Below are positions 1 through 29,232 of a DNA stretch of 64,000 nucleotides, one piece after another (the stretch's first letter is position 1; the number at the start of each line of letters is the position of its first letter). The position numbers and the translations under genes were made by a program. The stretch comes from the human T2T-CHM13v2.0 reference genome, Homo sapiens. Under the pieces are notes generated by a model, which ran no database searches, had not been told where the DNA came from, and saw nothing but the letters and a program-made list of their open reading frames with translations. The stretch is taken from assembly GCF_009914755.1 (NCBI RefSeq), contig NC_060935.1. One strand, written 5' to 3'.

Positions 1-462
1 CATCTCGCTCTGCCCCTTCTCTGTTTTTCATGAAGGACACTAGAATCTTCCCAGTCATCAGGTTCAAGATACTGGAGTCACTCATCCATCCCCTTTCCCT
101 CGACTCCCTTATTCAGCTGGCTGTCAGGTTCTGTCAATTCTTCTTGCCTAGTATTTCTCCTAAATATCCTACCCTCTGTTCCAGAATGATTTGAAACTGA
201 CCTCTAGAGAAAGAGGATCCGTGGAAGAGTTTTCTAGTGATCTAGAAGGCTATCAGATAGAAGAGGGAGGCAGAGATATAGACCAAAGTAGGTGAAAGTA
301 CACATTAGTCCCTCCTCTAGGCCCCAAGAGTTACACCCATTCAGAAGCAGGGATTGTGAAAGAGCCTGCTGGAACAAAGAAGGGGACAGAGGGGGCCACC
401 TCAAGATCCCTGACCACAAATTATTTTTCCTAGGCTGTTAATTGATAATTGATTAATAATAG

Positions 463-569
463 TTATAATTGGGGTATTATAATTAGTAAATTATAATTTT
501 TTATTATAATTTTAAATTTATATATAATTTTAAAATTATAATTTACTAATTGTAATGCCCCAATTATAA
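463..569. repeat. AT-rich inverted repeat, 38-bp arms
   Basis: 463-500 is the reverse complement of 532-569 with 2 mismatches. Confidence 0.85.
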
Positions 570-687
570 TCTGTGGCCAGTTAGAAGAAGAGTATGGGAC
601 TAGTTTGTGCTTGAGCCACAATTCCAGGTCTACTGGGATAAATTGAGGAGCAGAGGCTGGACAAGAGCCATAAATCATCAGTGGTTA

Positions 688-1933
688 TGAAACCACCTTT
701 GCAAATTTATGATGGTGAGAAAATTATGACAGGGAAAGAGATCTGATCCAACTAACATCCATCTTGCTCTTGACCTCCAAACTGCCCTTGATCATTCCTG
801 AGTTTAGGCCAAGCTAACTTTGGGAGACATTTATGTAAAAAGTAAAGTAGAGGTTCCTCTTCAAAGACTTTCCTCCCCATCTAATTAGAAATAAATAGTA
901 ACTTCTCTTAGAAGCAAAATTTATTCAAAGACCTGTGCTAACATTCTTAAATATCTGCTAGCCGTAATAGAGAAATCAATGTACTTTATGTTCTTAGCTC
1001 CCACAATTTAGCCTAAATATTTGCCCTGGCATGCTTATACTGGTCCAAGCAAGCATTAGGTTATAGCCTGTTCCTCTTCCTTATTTGAAGGTATTTTTAC
1101 CTTTCTCAGCATTCCGCAAGTTACTTCCTCCTTCCTTTGTTCTCCTCTGCCTTTGCCTCTCTTAAAAAGCTCTAAGTTGCTAGCCAATCGGGACAACTAC
1201 AGAATATGAGGTCCCGTTCCAGCCAGTGGAAACTGGACACAGCAGTAGGGTGAACACATCAGGTTATAAATGACCCTGTCTCCTTTGTTGAGTGTACTCT
1301 TATGGCAAAACTGCTGGCGAGTGTACCCTTTCTGCAGAAAGTATAAAAATGGCCTTGCTGAGAAAATTAAATTTATTTTCAAGTGCTATTTCATTATGGT
1401 ACTGGGGAACAAACATTTCAAACATTTAGTTTATAGTTTAAATGATAATAGCCCTTCCCTAAAACTAACCCACCTTTGTAAAGCTAATGAAAGGCCACCA
1501 GGTTAGGAGGATGAGAGGAGCCTAGATTCTGCCAAGGTGTAGAGGTAAACAATTACCAGCCATTATTCCAGAGATCATAAGATTTGCAACTCCCCCAATT
1601 ACTCCTGCAGATAATATCATGATTGTAGAACCTCAGATTGACAATTTGAGATGTATTTTCAGGTTTTTGCATTTCTGACAATCAACCGATGGCTCCACCT
1701 GGACCTGCCAACCCCGCCAAGCAGTCGTGGACCCAGAAGCAGACTCCCTGGCCTGCCAAACTATCCTTACAAAACCCTAGCCTCCAACTTTTCAGGAAGA
1801 TTGATTTGAGTAATAACTCCATTTACCACGTGGCACGGCTGGCCTCAATGATTAAACTCTATTGCAATGCTGTGGTCTCAGTGAATTGGTTTTGTCTGTG
1901 CAATGGGCAGGAAGAACCCATGGGGCGGTTACA
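688..1933 (+). mobile_element. ERV1 solo LTR (LTR8-like) interrupted by a second LTR
   Basis: TG...CA ends; TSD GTTA at 684-687 and 1934-1937. Confidence 0.8.
834..1424 (+). mobile_element. ERV1 solo LTR (LTR10C-like), nested
   Basis: TGTAAAAAGTAAAG...AACA, 591 bp; TSD TTTA at 830-833 and 1425-1428. Confidence 0.8.
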
Positions 1934-2323
1934 GTTACATTCATTCATTCCATAAATATATTTGAATACTCACTCTGTGTCAGGCACTTTGCTCAATACT
2001 GAGGGTATAGGAATAAGTCTGCCATCATGAAACATAGTCAGGGAGTACAGCGAATGGGGAGAAAAATTAAACAGTTCTTCAAATATACAACAATGAGTGA
2101 TGGTAGGCATTGTAAGGGAAAAATGGAGTAGGGAGCTGAGCTGGCCGTGGGGATGCACCCCAACCACCTTGCACATGTGTTCTCAGGACCTCCTGAGGGC
2201 TGTCATGGGCCATGGTCACTCATATTTGGCTCAGAATAAATCTCTTCAAATATTTTAGAGTTCGACTCTTTTCATCAACAGGTGGGAATAGATGATCCCC
2301 TGCCAGGTTTGGGGAGAAAGGTG

Positions 2324-3423
<1,100 letters not shown>

Positions 3424-3780
3424 GGTGGGAATAGATGATGCCCTGCCAGTGTCAGGGTCACCCTAGGCCGTTGGCCCCCTGAGGTCACCAGCACTTTCCT
3501 GGATTTCTCTCACAAGTTCTCCCTCATTCTGGCTCAGGAAGAGAGATTGCTTCTCTCACCCCTAAACACTCACAGACACTGAGGCCCTTTCTTATCCTGG
3601 AGCAAGCAGAAGCTCTTGACAAGCCCAATAAAGTCAAAAAGCAGTTACCTAAAAAGAGAAAGGAAATGCACCATCCTCTTCCTGCTGCTGCCTCCCCGGA
3701 ACAGGCCTCATCAGCCCTACCTCTGGCTGTGGCAATAGCCTTGGGGTTTCAGGAAGATAACAGTTACAGCTACTCCACTC

Positions 3781-4120
3781 TTAGGGGCTGAATTGGGTCC
3801 TTTCAAAAAGCCTGTGTTGAAGCCCCAGACCCTTAGAATGTGACTGTATCTGTAGGCAAGGCATTTTAAGAGGTGATTAAGGTAAAATGAAGTCATGTGG
3901 TTGGGCCCTCATCCAATATGACTGGAGTCCTCATAAGATGAGAAGATTAAGACACAAACGCAGAGACCTGGGGAAGGTGGCTATCTGCAAGCCAAAGAGA
4001 GAGGCCTCAGAAGAAACCAAACCCTCTGACATATTGATCTTGGACTTCTGGCCTCCAGAACAGTAAGAAAATAAGTTTCTGTTGTTCAAGCCACCTGGTC
4101 TGTGGGTTTTGTTATGGCAG
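3781..4120 (+). mobile_element. MLT1 (MaLR) LTR; its 3' end resumes after 4874
   Basis: MLT1-like motifs (gtgattaaggtaaaatga, gacttctggcctccagaa). Confidence 0.65.
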
Positions 4121-4874
4121 TGAGGACTAAACTCTGACGTTTTTCTTCTCTTGCCTAAATTCCTATTTAAGGGGCCTGGGGAGTCACAACCTACAAACCA
4201 TAAAATCTCAACAGAGGGGTTTTGTTTAACCTTACATAATGTGGCTCACTTTCCATACTGACTCTGACATAACATCACATGACGGATAAGAAGGAAATCA
4301 AATATTTTACCACCAAATATGTTTCTTTGCCATATTTTAAAATGGCCTGCAGAGCCATTCTCGTGGGGGGGAAATTGCATTTGTAAAAAATCTCTGCTAA
4401 CATAACTAGATCTTTCCCCCTTCCAGGCCCTCCCAAGCCTGAAGAAATTAATTGAGTCTAGCACCTTTTTGGGGTCTGAATAGAAAACATTTGCCATCTA
4501 TTGTCTCTAAGGGTGGCCACCCTTGAGGCTTCATCTACATAATGAGAACCCTGGTCTCCACAACCTCTTATCTTGACCCGGACACTCCCTTCTATTGATT
4601 CCAGGCCTTTAGATAATAACTTAACTCTTTCAACCAATAGCCAATCAGAAAGTCTTGGAGTCCCCCTATGACCTGTAACCCCCACCCCGACTCCCTCTTT
4701 GAGTTATGCCACCTTTCGAACCTGAACCAATCATAAAACCTGGCTGCAGCCCAACCACCTTAGGCACATGTTCTCAGGACCTCTTGGAACTGTGCCTTAG
4801 GCCTTGGTCACTCATATTTGCTTCAGAATAAACGTCTTTAAATATTTTACAGAGTTTGACTTTTTTTATCCACA
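4121..4874 (+). mobile_element. MER4-family solo LTR
   Basis: Similar to 2324-3423; TSD GCAG. Confidence 0.8.
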
Positions 4875-5050
4875 GCAGCCCAAGCAAGCTAACGTATCCT
4901 CCTTCCTCATTTCACCCAGGAAGGAAGTGAGGCTGGATGGGGAAAGCACACCATTGACCTCAAGCCGCAAGATCTGCACTGGTTCCGGGGCTGGGACTAG
5001 GACCCAGATCTGATTCCAGTGCAGCGTCCCATGTCCAGACCCATTCAACT

Positions 5051-5901
5051 TGGAAACCAAAAGTAAAATTCTAGGCCCCACAACCAACTGAACGGACCCC
5101 TCCTCTCAGCCAAAGGCATTCCAAAGTTAACCTGAGAAACAGTTCAGACTGTGATGGGAAGTGGGGGTTGGATATGCCTTATTATGCCCTCTCCCCCTTT
5201 GAAATTCAGGCACAACTGACCAGCATTAACATTAAAACAAAAATCTGAAGACTGACTAAACAGACTCATTGTAGCAATAAGACACCAAGTTCTATCCTGG
5301 CTCTAGTATAGCATCACATGACAGAGGGCCCTGAAAGAAATTAAACCATTTTACCCCAAAATATTAATATACATATTTGACATATTTTGAAATGGCCCTG
5401 CAAACCTCACTCTTGTGGGGAAAATCTGCTCTGCAAAGCATCCCCTTCCCTTTCCAAGTCTTTTCCCTGATCCAGGCATCTTTTTAGGTCTGATAAGAGC
5501 TCTGATGCCTGCTTCCTGGAGGCTTCATCTGCATGATAAAACCTTGGTCTCCACACCCCTTAACTTAACCCAGACACTCCCTTCTACTGAGTCCAGGTCT
5601 GTAGGTACTTACTTAACTCTTTCAACCAATAACCAATCAGGAAGTCTTTGAATCCACCTATGACCTGGAAGCCCACCTCTTCGAGTTGTGCCACCTTTCT
5701 GGACCAAACCAATGTACATATCACATGTATTGCTTGATGTCTCATGTCTCCCTAAAATGTATAAAACCAAAATCTAGCTCAATAACCTTGAGCACACGTT
5801 CTCAGGATCTCCTGGGGCTGTGTCACAGGCCATTGGTCACTCATATTTGGGTCAGAATAAATCTCTTCAACTATTTCAGAATTTGACTCTTTTCTTCAAG
5901 A
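5051..5901 (+). mobile_element. MER4-family solo LTR
   Basis: Shares the 3' part with the neighbouring MER4 LTRs; TSD AACT. Confidence 0.75.
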
Positions 5902-6074
5902 AACTGGCCCCTCCACCCTTAGCTTCCTCTCACTGTGTATACAGAGCACCCTTCCTGAGCACGTCTGATTGAATTTCTCCAAATAAGCACCTTCAGTAAC
6001 CCAGCTCCACCTACTCGGCAACATCTGAACAAACTCAGCTCCGCACCCAAAGCCCTTCTAGTTCCATCCTAAGT

Positions 6075-6264
6075 CAATGCTTCTCAAACTTTAAAGTGCA
6101 TCAGAATCACCTGGAGGGGCTGTTAAAATGCAGATTCCTGGCCCCAGCTTCCAGAGAGTGCTCCTCAGTTGGTCTGGGGTGGGGACCCCAAACTTGCATT
6201 TTTAACAAGTTTCCAGGTGAGGCTGATGCTGGTGGCTTGTGGACCACAGCTTAGGTAGCACTGG
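6075..6264. mobile_element. MER5A hAT DNA transposon
   Basis: cttctcaaactt...catcagaatcacctggag...gcactg pattern. Confidence 0.65.
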
Positions 6265-6894
6265 CTAAGATACCTTATCCCAGGACCCTTCATGCACTCT
6301 CCCTCCATCCAGGGAGCTGCTTACTCTGCCCTCAGCACCCCATGCGCTTGAGCCTTTGCCCAGCCTGGTCCTGGTCCAGGAATTCCCTGCTGCCAAGTCT
6401 GATGCAATGGGTCAGATCCTGGAACCTCCTAACTCAGGATAAAGTTGAGAGGTTGTGCTGCTTTTTAAAGGGAAAGCCTTATTGGGATTTGAACCAGAAC
6501 TGGAAGGACTGTAGTAAAATGCAGATATTTGGGCCCACCCCCAGATACAGGCCTCGCTGTGGGACATGCTGCTATGGTCACTTTCTCCATGTACAGATGA
6601 ACAAAGGGTGGCCCAGAGATAGGAAGTGACTTTCCCAAGGGCACACAGCACATTAGACGAGAGGCTGAAGAGGAAGTCAAGTTTCAAGTCTCCCTCCTGC
6701 GCAGTTCTGTGCTTCTTGTGCTGCCTTTTCCAAGCTTAAGGGGCTCTGCTTTTTCCCCTTCCCTCATTCTACTTTCTTGTGACCCCAGCTGGGCCCCAGC
6801 ATTTCCAGCTGATGCTGAAATGGAGCCTCAGGGGGCTGTAAAACTTGGAAAAGGAAGAAGAGTAGAGGAAGGGGCAAGAAAATGAGAGGAAGAG

Positions 6895-7241
<347 letters not shown>

Positions 7242-7655
7242 TCACCCAAGGCTGTCCAGGGAGCTGGGGGTGGGGCTGTTTCTGGAACCTAAGCACACGT
7301 ACCACCTCCCCTTCCTCTGACCTAATGAGGGCTCGAGTTGGAAACCACAAACCCTCGTTGGCCCCACAGGAGCCAGCCTCTGGCTTCTCTCTGCAATGGC
7401 CATGTGCTGCAGACCCGGAGTGGGTAGTTAGTTGGTTAATGCCAGTCTTCCTCCCCTGGACACTGAGTTCTGCTGACAGCCCCCGCCCAGCCAGAGCTCT
7501 GCTGTATACCACCGGGAGTGGGGCTGGTGTGGAGCCTGGAGGTCGCCCGCTGCCCTCCTAGGGCTGCTCCAGACAGCATTAAAACGCTGCAGGTCGCAGG
7601 TGAGACTAACAGCTGGGAGAGCTGCTCCAGGCATTTAGGACCCTGACTGGGGCAG

Positions 7656-17656
<10,001 letters not shown>

Positions 17657-17980
17657 GGATGGTTCCAGGGAAATACCGCCAGAAAACAAGAAGGTCAGCC
17701 CACTCCCAGGGCCCCACTCTCCTCCCCTCATTAAACCATCCACCTGACACCAGCACATCAGGCCTGGTTCACCTCTGGGGTCACGAGACTGAGTCTACAG
17801 GAGCTTTGGGCCTGAGGGAAGGCACAAGAGTGCAAAGGTTCCTCGAACTCTGCACCTTCCTCCACCAGGAGCCTGGGATATGGCTCCATCTGCCTTCAGG
17901 GCCTGGACTGCACTCACAGAGGCAAGTGTTGTAGACTAACAAAGATACTCCAAAATACAATGGCTTAAAGAATGTGGTCA

Positions 17981-18041
17981 TTTATTCTTTATTATTTATT
18001 TATTTGTGGTCAAATAAATAAATAAGGTTATTTATTTATTT
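17981..18041 (+). terminator. LGALS12 AU-rich element and poly(A) signals
   Basis: Overlapping ATTTA repeats; AATAAA at 18012-18017 and 18016-18021, about 360 nt after the stop. Confidence 0.75.
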
Positions 18042-18862
18042 CGTTCTCATCTAGCAATTCTAGAGACAATGGTCCAGCTTAGCAGGGCAGCTCTGCTCCC
18101 TGGAGACATTCAGGGTCTGTCCTAGCCATTGTTCCACCACCCCCAGGGCATCATCATTGTCTCTGTGGCCCAAGCTCAGCTGCCACCCTATCTTGGCCTC
18201 ACCCACTGAGAAGGCTAGTAGTGGCAGTGGACAAGACCCACCTGATATCATAAGCCCCAGACATGGGTCCGACACACACCAGCTACAGTCACATTTCATC
18301 TGCAGGCACTCAGTCTCGGTCACACTACCTGCAAGGGAGGCTGGAAATGTTCTTCAGTGGGACACATAAGACCAGCCACATGAAATAGAGTAGTCATAAA
18401 ATAACAGAATAGTTTTATTCTATTACTATAAAAAACAGGGAGAATGGATTTTGGTGGATAGCCACAGTCTCTGAGACAAGTAGATGCTGTTAATATCCTC
18501 ATTTTATAACATAAGAAACTGACGCACAGAAAGGCTAATTTGCCAAGATCACACAGTGAGTAAGTCATGGGATTAGAACCCAGGGATTCTGTCTGCAGAG
18601 TTTGCGGCTCTTAACCATAAACCATTATCTAGAGTACACAGGCACACTAGAGCTTCCAGATAAAGATGGACATCGGAGCTGGAGGCTTGAGAGGAATCAA
18701 AGAACCTTGCAAGTCGAAAAGTACAGACAAGACAAACGAAGGACCACCACCAAGGAAAGAGCAAGATTAAATGAGAAATAATTTAAGAATTATATATAAC
18801 TGTATATAATATATACCATATATACATATATATAGCATAGTATACATTATACAGTAATATAT

Positions 18863-19522
<660 letters not shown>

Positions 19523-19529
19523 ACATTTT

Positions 19530-21030
<1,501 letters not shown>

Positions 21031-21509
21031 AAAGAAGATAAACCTCAATTTCCACAAATGTTTTATAGGATATTTTTATTAAAATGTATTCTGTGTATAG
21101 ATTTTTAGGGGCACAGAGGAGCTTGCATCTCTACATTGCTTCTTCCCAATCATATATACAGTATATCCCTCAATTTATTTTGGTCATCCTTTATTTCCTT
21201 CTGTCACTGGGAAACCAAGTTCTTTCCTTACTTTGTATTGATAGCCAAGAAAGAATATCCAATTGGAAAAAAAGGCAAGCAGATTTTATTGCTGGTCAGG
21301 AACGGAGGAGTGAGCTCTTTTTCTAAAGAACCCCTTCCGAAGGTGATGGAATCCAGGGAACTTTAAGGAATTAGATGTGGGGCGGGGAGGTATGTATGTA
21401 AGCATGTACAGGGAGGAACTCCAGATGTGCAGTTACAGATCATAAACATGCTTCTTCATATGAGGTATGTTCAGAAAATGGCAGCAATTTTCTTCTAGGG
21501 GTGGGGATT

Positions 21510-22363
21510 TGATATGGTTTGGCTATGTCCCCACCCAAATCTCATCTTGAATTCCCATGTGTTGTGGGAGGGACGCAGTGGGAGGTAATTGAATCATGGG
21601 GGCAAGCCTTTCCCAGGCTGTTCTCGTGATAATGAATAAGTCTCCTGAGATCTGATGGTTTTAAAAAGAGGAGTCCCCCCCTTTTTTTAAAAAAGTTTTT
21701 AAACTTCTATTTGCATATTTTTGAAAATTTTGCATTCCAATACTTAAAATCATTTGAACAAAAAAAAAATGGCACTCTGATTAAACAGTATTACAGGCTG
21801 CATGACACCTTGGGCCAGCTTGGTTTTACTCTAGATTTCATTGTTGTCCCACCCCACTTTTTCCACCCCACTTCTTCCTTCACCAACATGCACGTTCTTT
21901 CCTTTTCTGCCAGCCAGAAAGTCAGATGGGAGTGGCAGGCTTGGCCTTCATTGTCAGTAGTTCTTTGGTGTGAAAGGGGCAGCAGAGTCATTTAAACTTG
22001 ATCCAACCTCTATGCATCTTACAAAGTTAAACAGCTAAAATAAGTAAAATAAGAAAGCAATGCTTGTGGAATGTACAGTGCATATTGGCAGCACATGCCT
22101 CATTACGATTCACCAGCTTGCTTCTCCTGTTCAATCATTTCTTTGGAAGGCAGTGGATTTTTCTCTTGCACTTCTGTCTTCTTCAGTTTCGACTTATCTC
22201 TTTGCCTCTGCCATCCATGTAAGATGTGACTTGTTCCTCTTTGCCTTCCACCATGATTGTGAGGCTTCCCCAGCCATGTGGAACTATTAGTCCAATTAAA
22301 CCTCTTTATTTTGTAAATTGCCTAGTCTCAGATATGTCTTTATCAGCTGCGTGGCCTAATACA
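21510..22363 (+). mobile_element. THE1 (MaLR) solo LTR interrupted by the TMSB4X retrocopy
   Basis: TGATATGGTTTGGC...CTAATACA; 5-bp TSD GGATT/GGACT. Confidence 0.85.
21682..22198 (-). pseudogene. 5'-truncated processed pseudogene of thymosin beta-4 (TMSB4X)
   Basis: Minus-strand 22198-22103 reads [31 protein letters not shown] (actin-binding LKKTE motif). It is intronless, followed by a TMSB4X-like 3'UTR and a short A tract, and has no start codon. Confidence 0.93.
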
Positions 22364-22870
22364 GGACTTTAGCATTATAATGATACGTTAATGATCTGAA
22401 GGTAACAAGGCATCACCAGCTCAGTTTGCTGGGGTCTTGCTCTGACCTTATCTTCCTCTAGTAATTGCCAAAGAGTCCTGAGGCTCCAGCAGCCTCCTGG
22501 GCCATCTGAAGTTCTCTTAAGCAAACATACCTGTAGGTAAAATGATTTAAAAACCTGTTTAAGGAAGAACAATGAGCTTTCTTAGTTATCTACTGTTTAA
22601 GAAAATAACAAGCTTTCTCAGCTATGTCTCCAGGGTTGCTCTGGTAACATAAGATGTGTGTGTTTGTTTTTACTGGGGCATCGCACAACTTTTGTTAGAT
22701 TTATACTTAGGCACTTTATAGCTTTGTGTGTGATTTGTAAATGCTATCTTTTTAAAAAATTGTACTTACTTGATACTGGTACAAAAATGCACCTGATTTA
22801 TGTATATTAATCTCGTTCCTAGCAAACTTGCTAAAATTATATATATTTTATTAGTTCAAATAGACAATCT

Positions 22871-23175
22871 TGCCCTGGCACAGTGGCTTACACCTGTAAT
22901 CCCAGCGCTTGGGGAGGCCGAGGCAGGTGGATCGCTTGAGGTCAGGAGTTTGAAACCAGCCTTGCCAACATGGCGAAACTCCGTCTCTACTAAAAATACA
23001 AAAAATTAGCTGGGCATGGTGGCACATGCCTGTAATCCTGCCTACTCAGGAAGCTGAGGCACAAAAATCTGTTGAACCCAGGAGGCAGAGGTTGCAGTGA
23101 GCCGAGATCACACCACTGCACTCCAGGCTGGGGGACAGAGCAAGACTCTGTCTCAATAAATAAACAAACAAACAG
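22871..23175 (+). mobile_element. Alu
   Basis: Alu consensus. Confidence 0.9.
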
Positions 23176-24084
23176 ATAGGTAATCTTACCACTTGCAAAA
23201 AATAATGATTTCTGATTTCTTCCTTTCCAATCTCCCTCTCCCTCTCTGTCTCTCACTCTTCCCCCCACTCCCAACCACATTCCCTCGCTTCCTTCCTCTC
23301 TCCCTCATGCTTCCTTTATTATATGACATTGGCCAAGAATTCTTGCACACTGTTGAGTAGCAGTGTGGTTAGCAGGCATCCTTGACCTGTTCCTGACCAC
23401 AGGGAAATGCAATTAAGATTTCACTATTAAATATGATGATTATCATAGGTTGGGAATAGATACTATTTTTAGGGTAAAGAGATTTTCATTTTTTCTTAGT
23501 TTGTTAAGATACACTTTCATTTTTTTCATGAGTGAGTGTCAAGTCTGTCTTCTGCGTTTACTGATATGATCATATTTTTTCTAATCTGTTAATGAGGTAA
23601 ATTACATTAATAGGCTTTCTAATTTCATGCTATAAGTATCTTTAAATTCCTTAAATTCCTGGAGTAAATGAATTTTTAATGAATACATTGCTGCATTTCA
23701 TTTACTGATACTACTGTTCTTGCATTAAGTTCATAAATTAGCTTATAATTTTACTTATCCATCCATCAATACTATCATAGCCTTAGATTCTGGATTGTCT
23801 CTTTTCTGTGCAAGGTCATCAATTGTTTATATGTACTCTAGGTCTTTAATCCATAGATTCCATCTTCCTTTCTTTTTTTCTTACATTTTATTGTTGGGGA
23901 TAAAACTGATAACTTTTCCTTATAGAGCTTCTCAGAGTCTGAATTCTGCTGGTTAATCCCTAGGGCATTGTTTAAAATACTCCACTGTCTCCTGTACTTC
24001 TTTTCATCTAGAGTTTTGATCAGATTCAGTTTCAATTTTTCAGCAAGAAAACCAAAACTACTATCTTATTCCCTAAATGTTTCT

Positions 24085-24403
<319 letters not shown>

Positions 24404-24479
24404 TAAATATTTCTTTTTTTATAGCCTCCTGTTCTTGTTTCCTGAATATATTTTCTCTTCTCTCTTCCATGATATAAAT

Positions 24480-24939
24480 TATAGGGAGCCGAAGACCCGT
24501 GGGATGTGACCAACTCAGCATTCCACTGGAGGCTATATGATCAAACAGCAAACTGTTTATCATAAATGCAGGATGTGAGCAAACTCACGACTGCTCCTGC
24601 CGACACAATGTTTGCTGAGGGCAATCGCTTCCTGGCACCAAGTTCCTTGAGGTTATCTACTGGGAGATCTAGGGAATGCAGTCTTGCAAGCCTACTCTGA
24701 CCCCTTTTTCCACCCCCCTTTTCACTATCTCTTTTGCCTAATAAATATGGAGGGCTGTGTAAAGCTCAGCGCCCTTGTCCACTAGAGGCAAGTTGCCCCC
24801 GACCCCTTCTTCCTAATATACTCTTTTGTCTCTTGTCTTTTATTCCACGTTCGACCCCCCCACCCTTTCTTCAGTCCCCCTAGGTCCATACGGTTTACAT
24901 AGTGGCACCCCGAACAGCAACAGAATCGGGTGCTCAACA
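24480..24939 (+). mobile_element. ERVK-class solo LTR (LTR3-like, HML-6)
   Basis: 6-bp TSD ATAAAT at 24474-24479 and 24940-24945; gtgaccaactcagcattccactggagg motif. Confidence 0.75.
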
Positions 24940-25046
24940 ATAAATGATGCTTTTGTAAATTTTCTTCTGCTTGCCATATTTTCTTTGTTTTCTTGAAGCT
25001 TATTTGTTAGTTATTTGTGTATTTTGCTGTCTATCTTTCAAATTAG

Positions 25047-25434
<388 letters not shown>

Positions 25435-25979
25435 TAATTGGAAGCTTTGTGTACATGGGTTGGGCTTATTGACTTATATGACTCCTCACAGTGAAACAGG
25501 TCAATGGTCAATGGTCTCATTGTCTGAAGTGTTATCTGAGTTCATTGTCTCATGACCAAGAAAATTAAGGAGCATGGCTCCAAAGGGTGAGGTTGAAGTA
25601 AAAGTTTAATAAGCGAAAGAAGAAAGCTCTCCATAGTGAAGAGGGGAGCCAGAGTGGGTTGCCATTTTACAGTTGAATGCAAAAGCTCTTATAAGAAACT
25701 CCTCTCATTTCTCATGTCACCTGGCACATTTGGACCATGCAAGAGGGCTTACAAAAAAAATCAAACTTAATTGATGTAGAACAAATTCCATCCCATACAG
25801 AATATAGGTCTATAGTTTTTAATTTTCACAAAGAAAAGATAACCAGCTCATCAGAACATACTATTGGTACTGGTTTAGCAAAGGTTCATACTTCTAAGGT
25901 CAAGGCTGATATTGAAACAAAAAGATGTGTTCTTACCTGGAGAAGCCACATGAGCCACAAGGGCCATGTGTACTACATG

Positions 25980-28609
<2,630 letters not shown>

Positions 28610-28762
28610 ATTAGCCAAGCATTGTGGCACACGCCTGTAATCCTAGCTACTCAGGAGGCTGAGGCAGGAGAATGGCTTGAACCCAGGAGACAGAGGTTGC
28701 AGTGAGCCGAGATCACACCATTGATGGGACAGAGTGAGACTGTCTCAAAAACAGAAAAAAAA
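28610..28762 (+). mobile_element. Alu right monomer only
   Basis: Begins TTAGCC directly after the L1 tail. Confidence 0.8.
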
Positions 28763-29232
28763 ATGTGCATCCAGTAATGTGATCATACCCTCCCTCTTTC
28801 CCCTCCAACCCACTTACCCTCTTTAAATTTAGGAGCTCTCAAAATCACCTTTGGAAAACAGTATGGACCACAGATTGTTCCTGTGGATTTTATGATCCTT
28901 TTCTCTGTCCATGTCCTTAACTTTGGCAAAAATAAACTTTTAAATTGAGTGAGACCTGTCTCAGATACTTTTTGGTTTACAGTCATGAGTCAATAATAAA
29001 CAGAAGGAAAAACCCAAATGACCTATAAATGTATAAAATAATACGCAGGCCAGGTGCAGTGGCTCATGCCTGTAATCCCAGGCCAGGTGCAGTGGCTCAT
29101 GCCTGTAATCTGGATACACAGGATGGAGCACCCAGAGAGGCCATGGAACCTCTGCACCCCTTCCTGCATGTCTTACCCCATGCATCTCTTTGTTTGTATC
29201 CTTTAAAATAGCCTTTGTAATAAACTGGTAAG

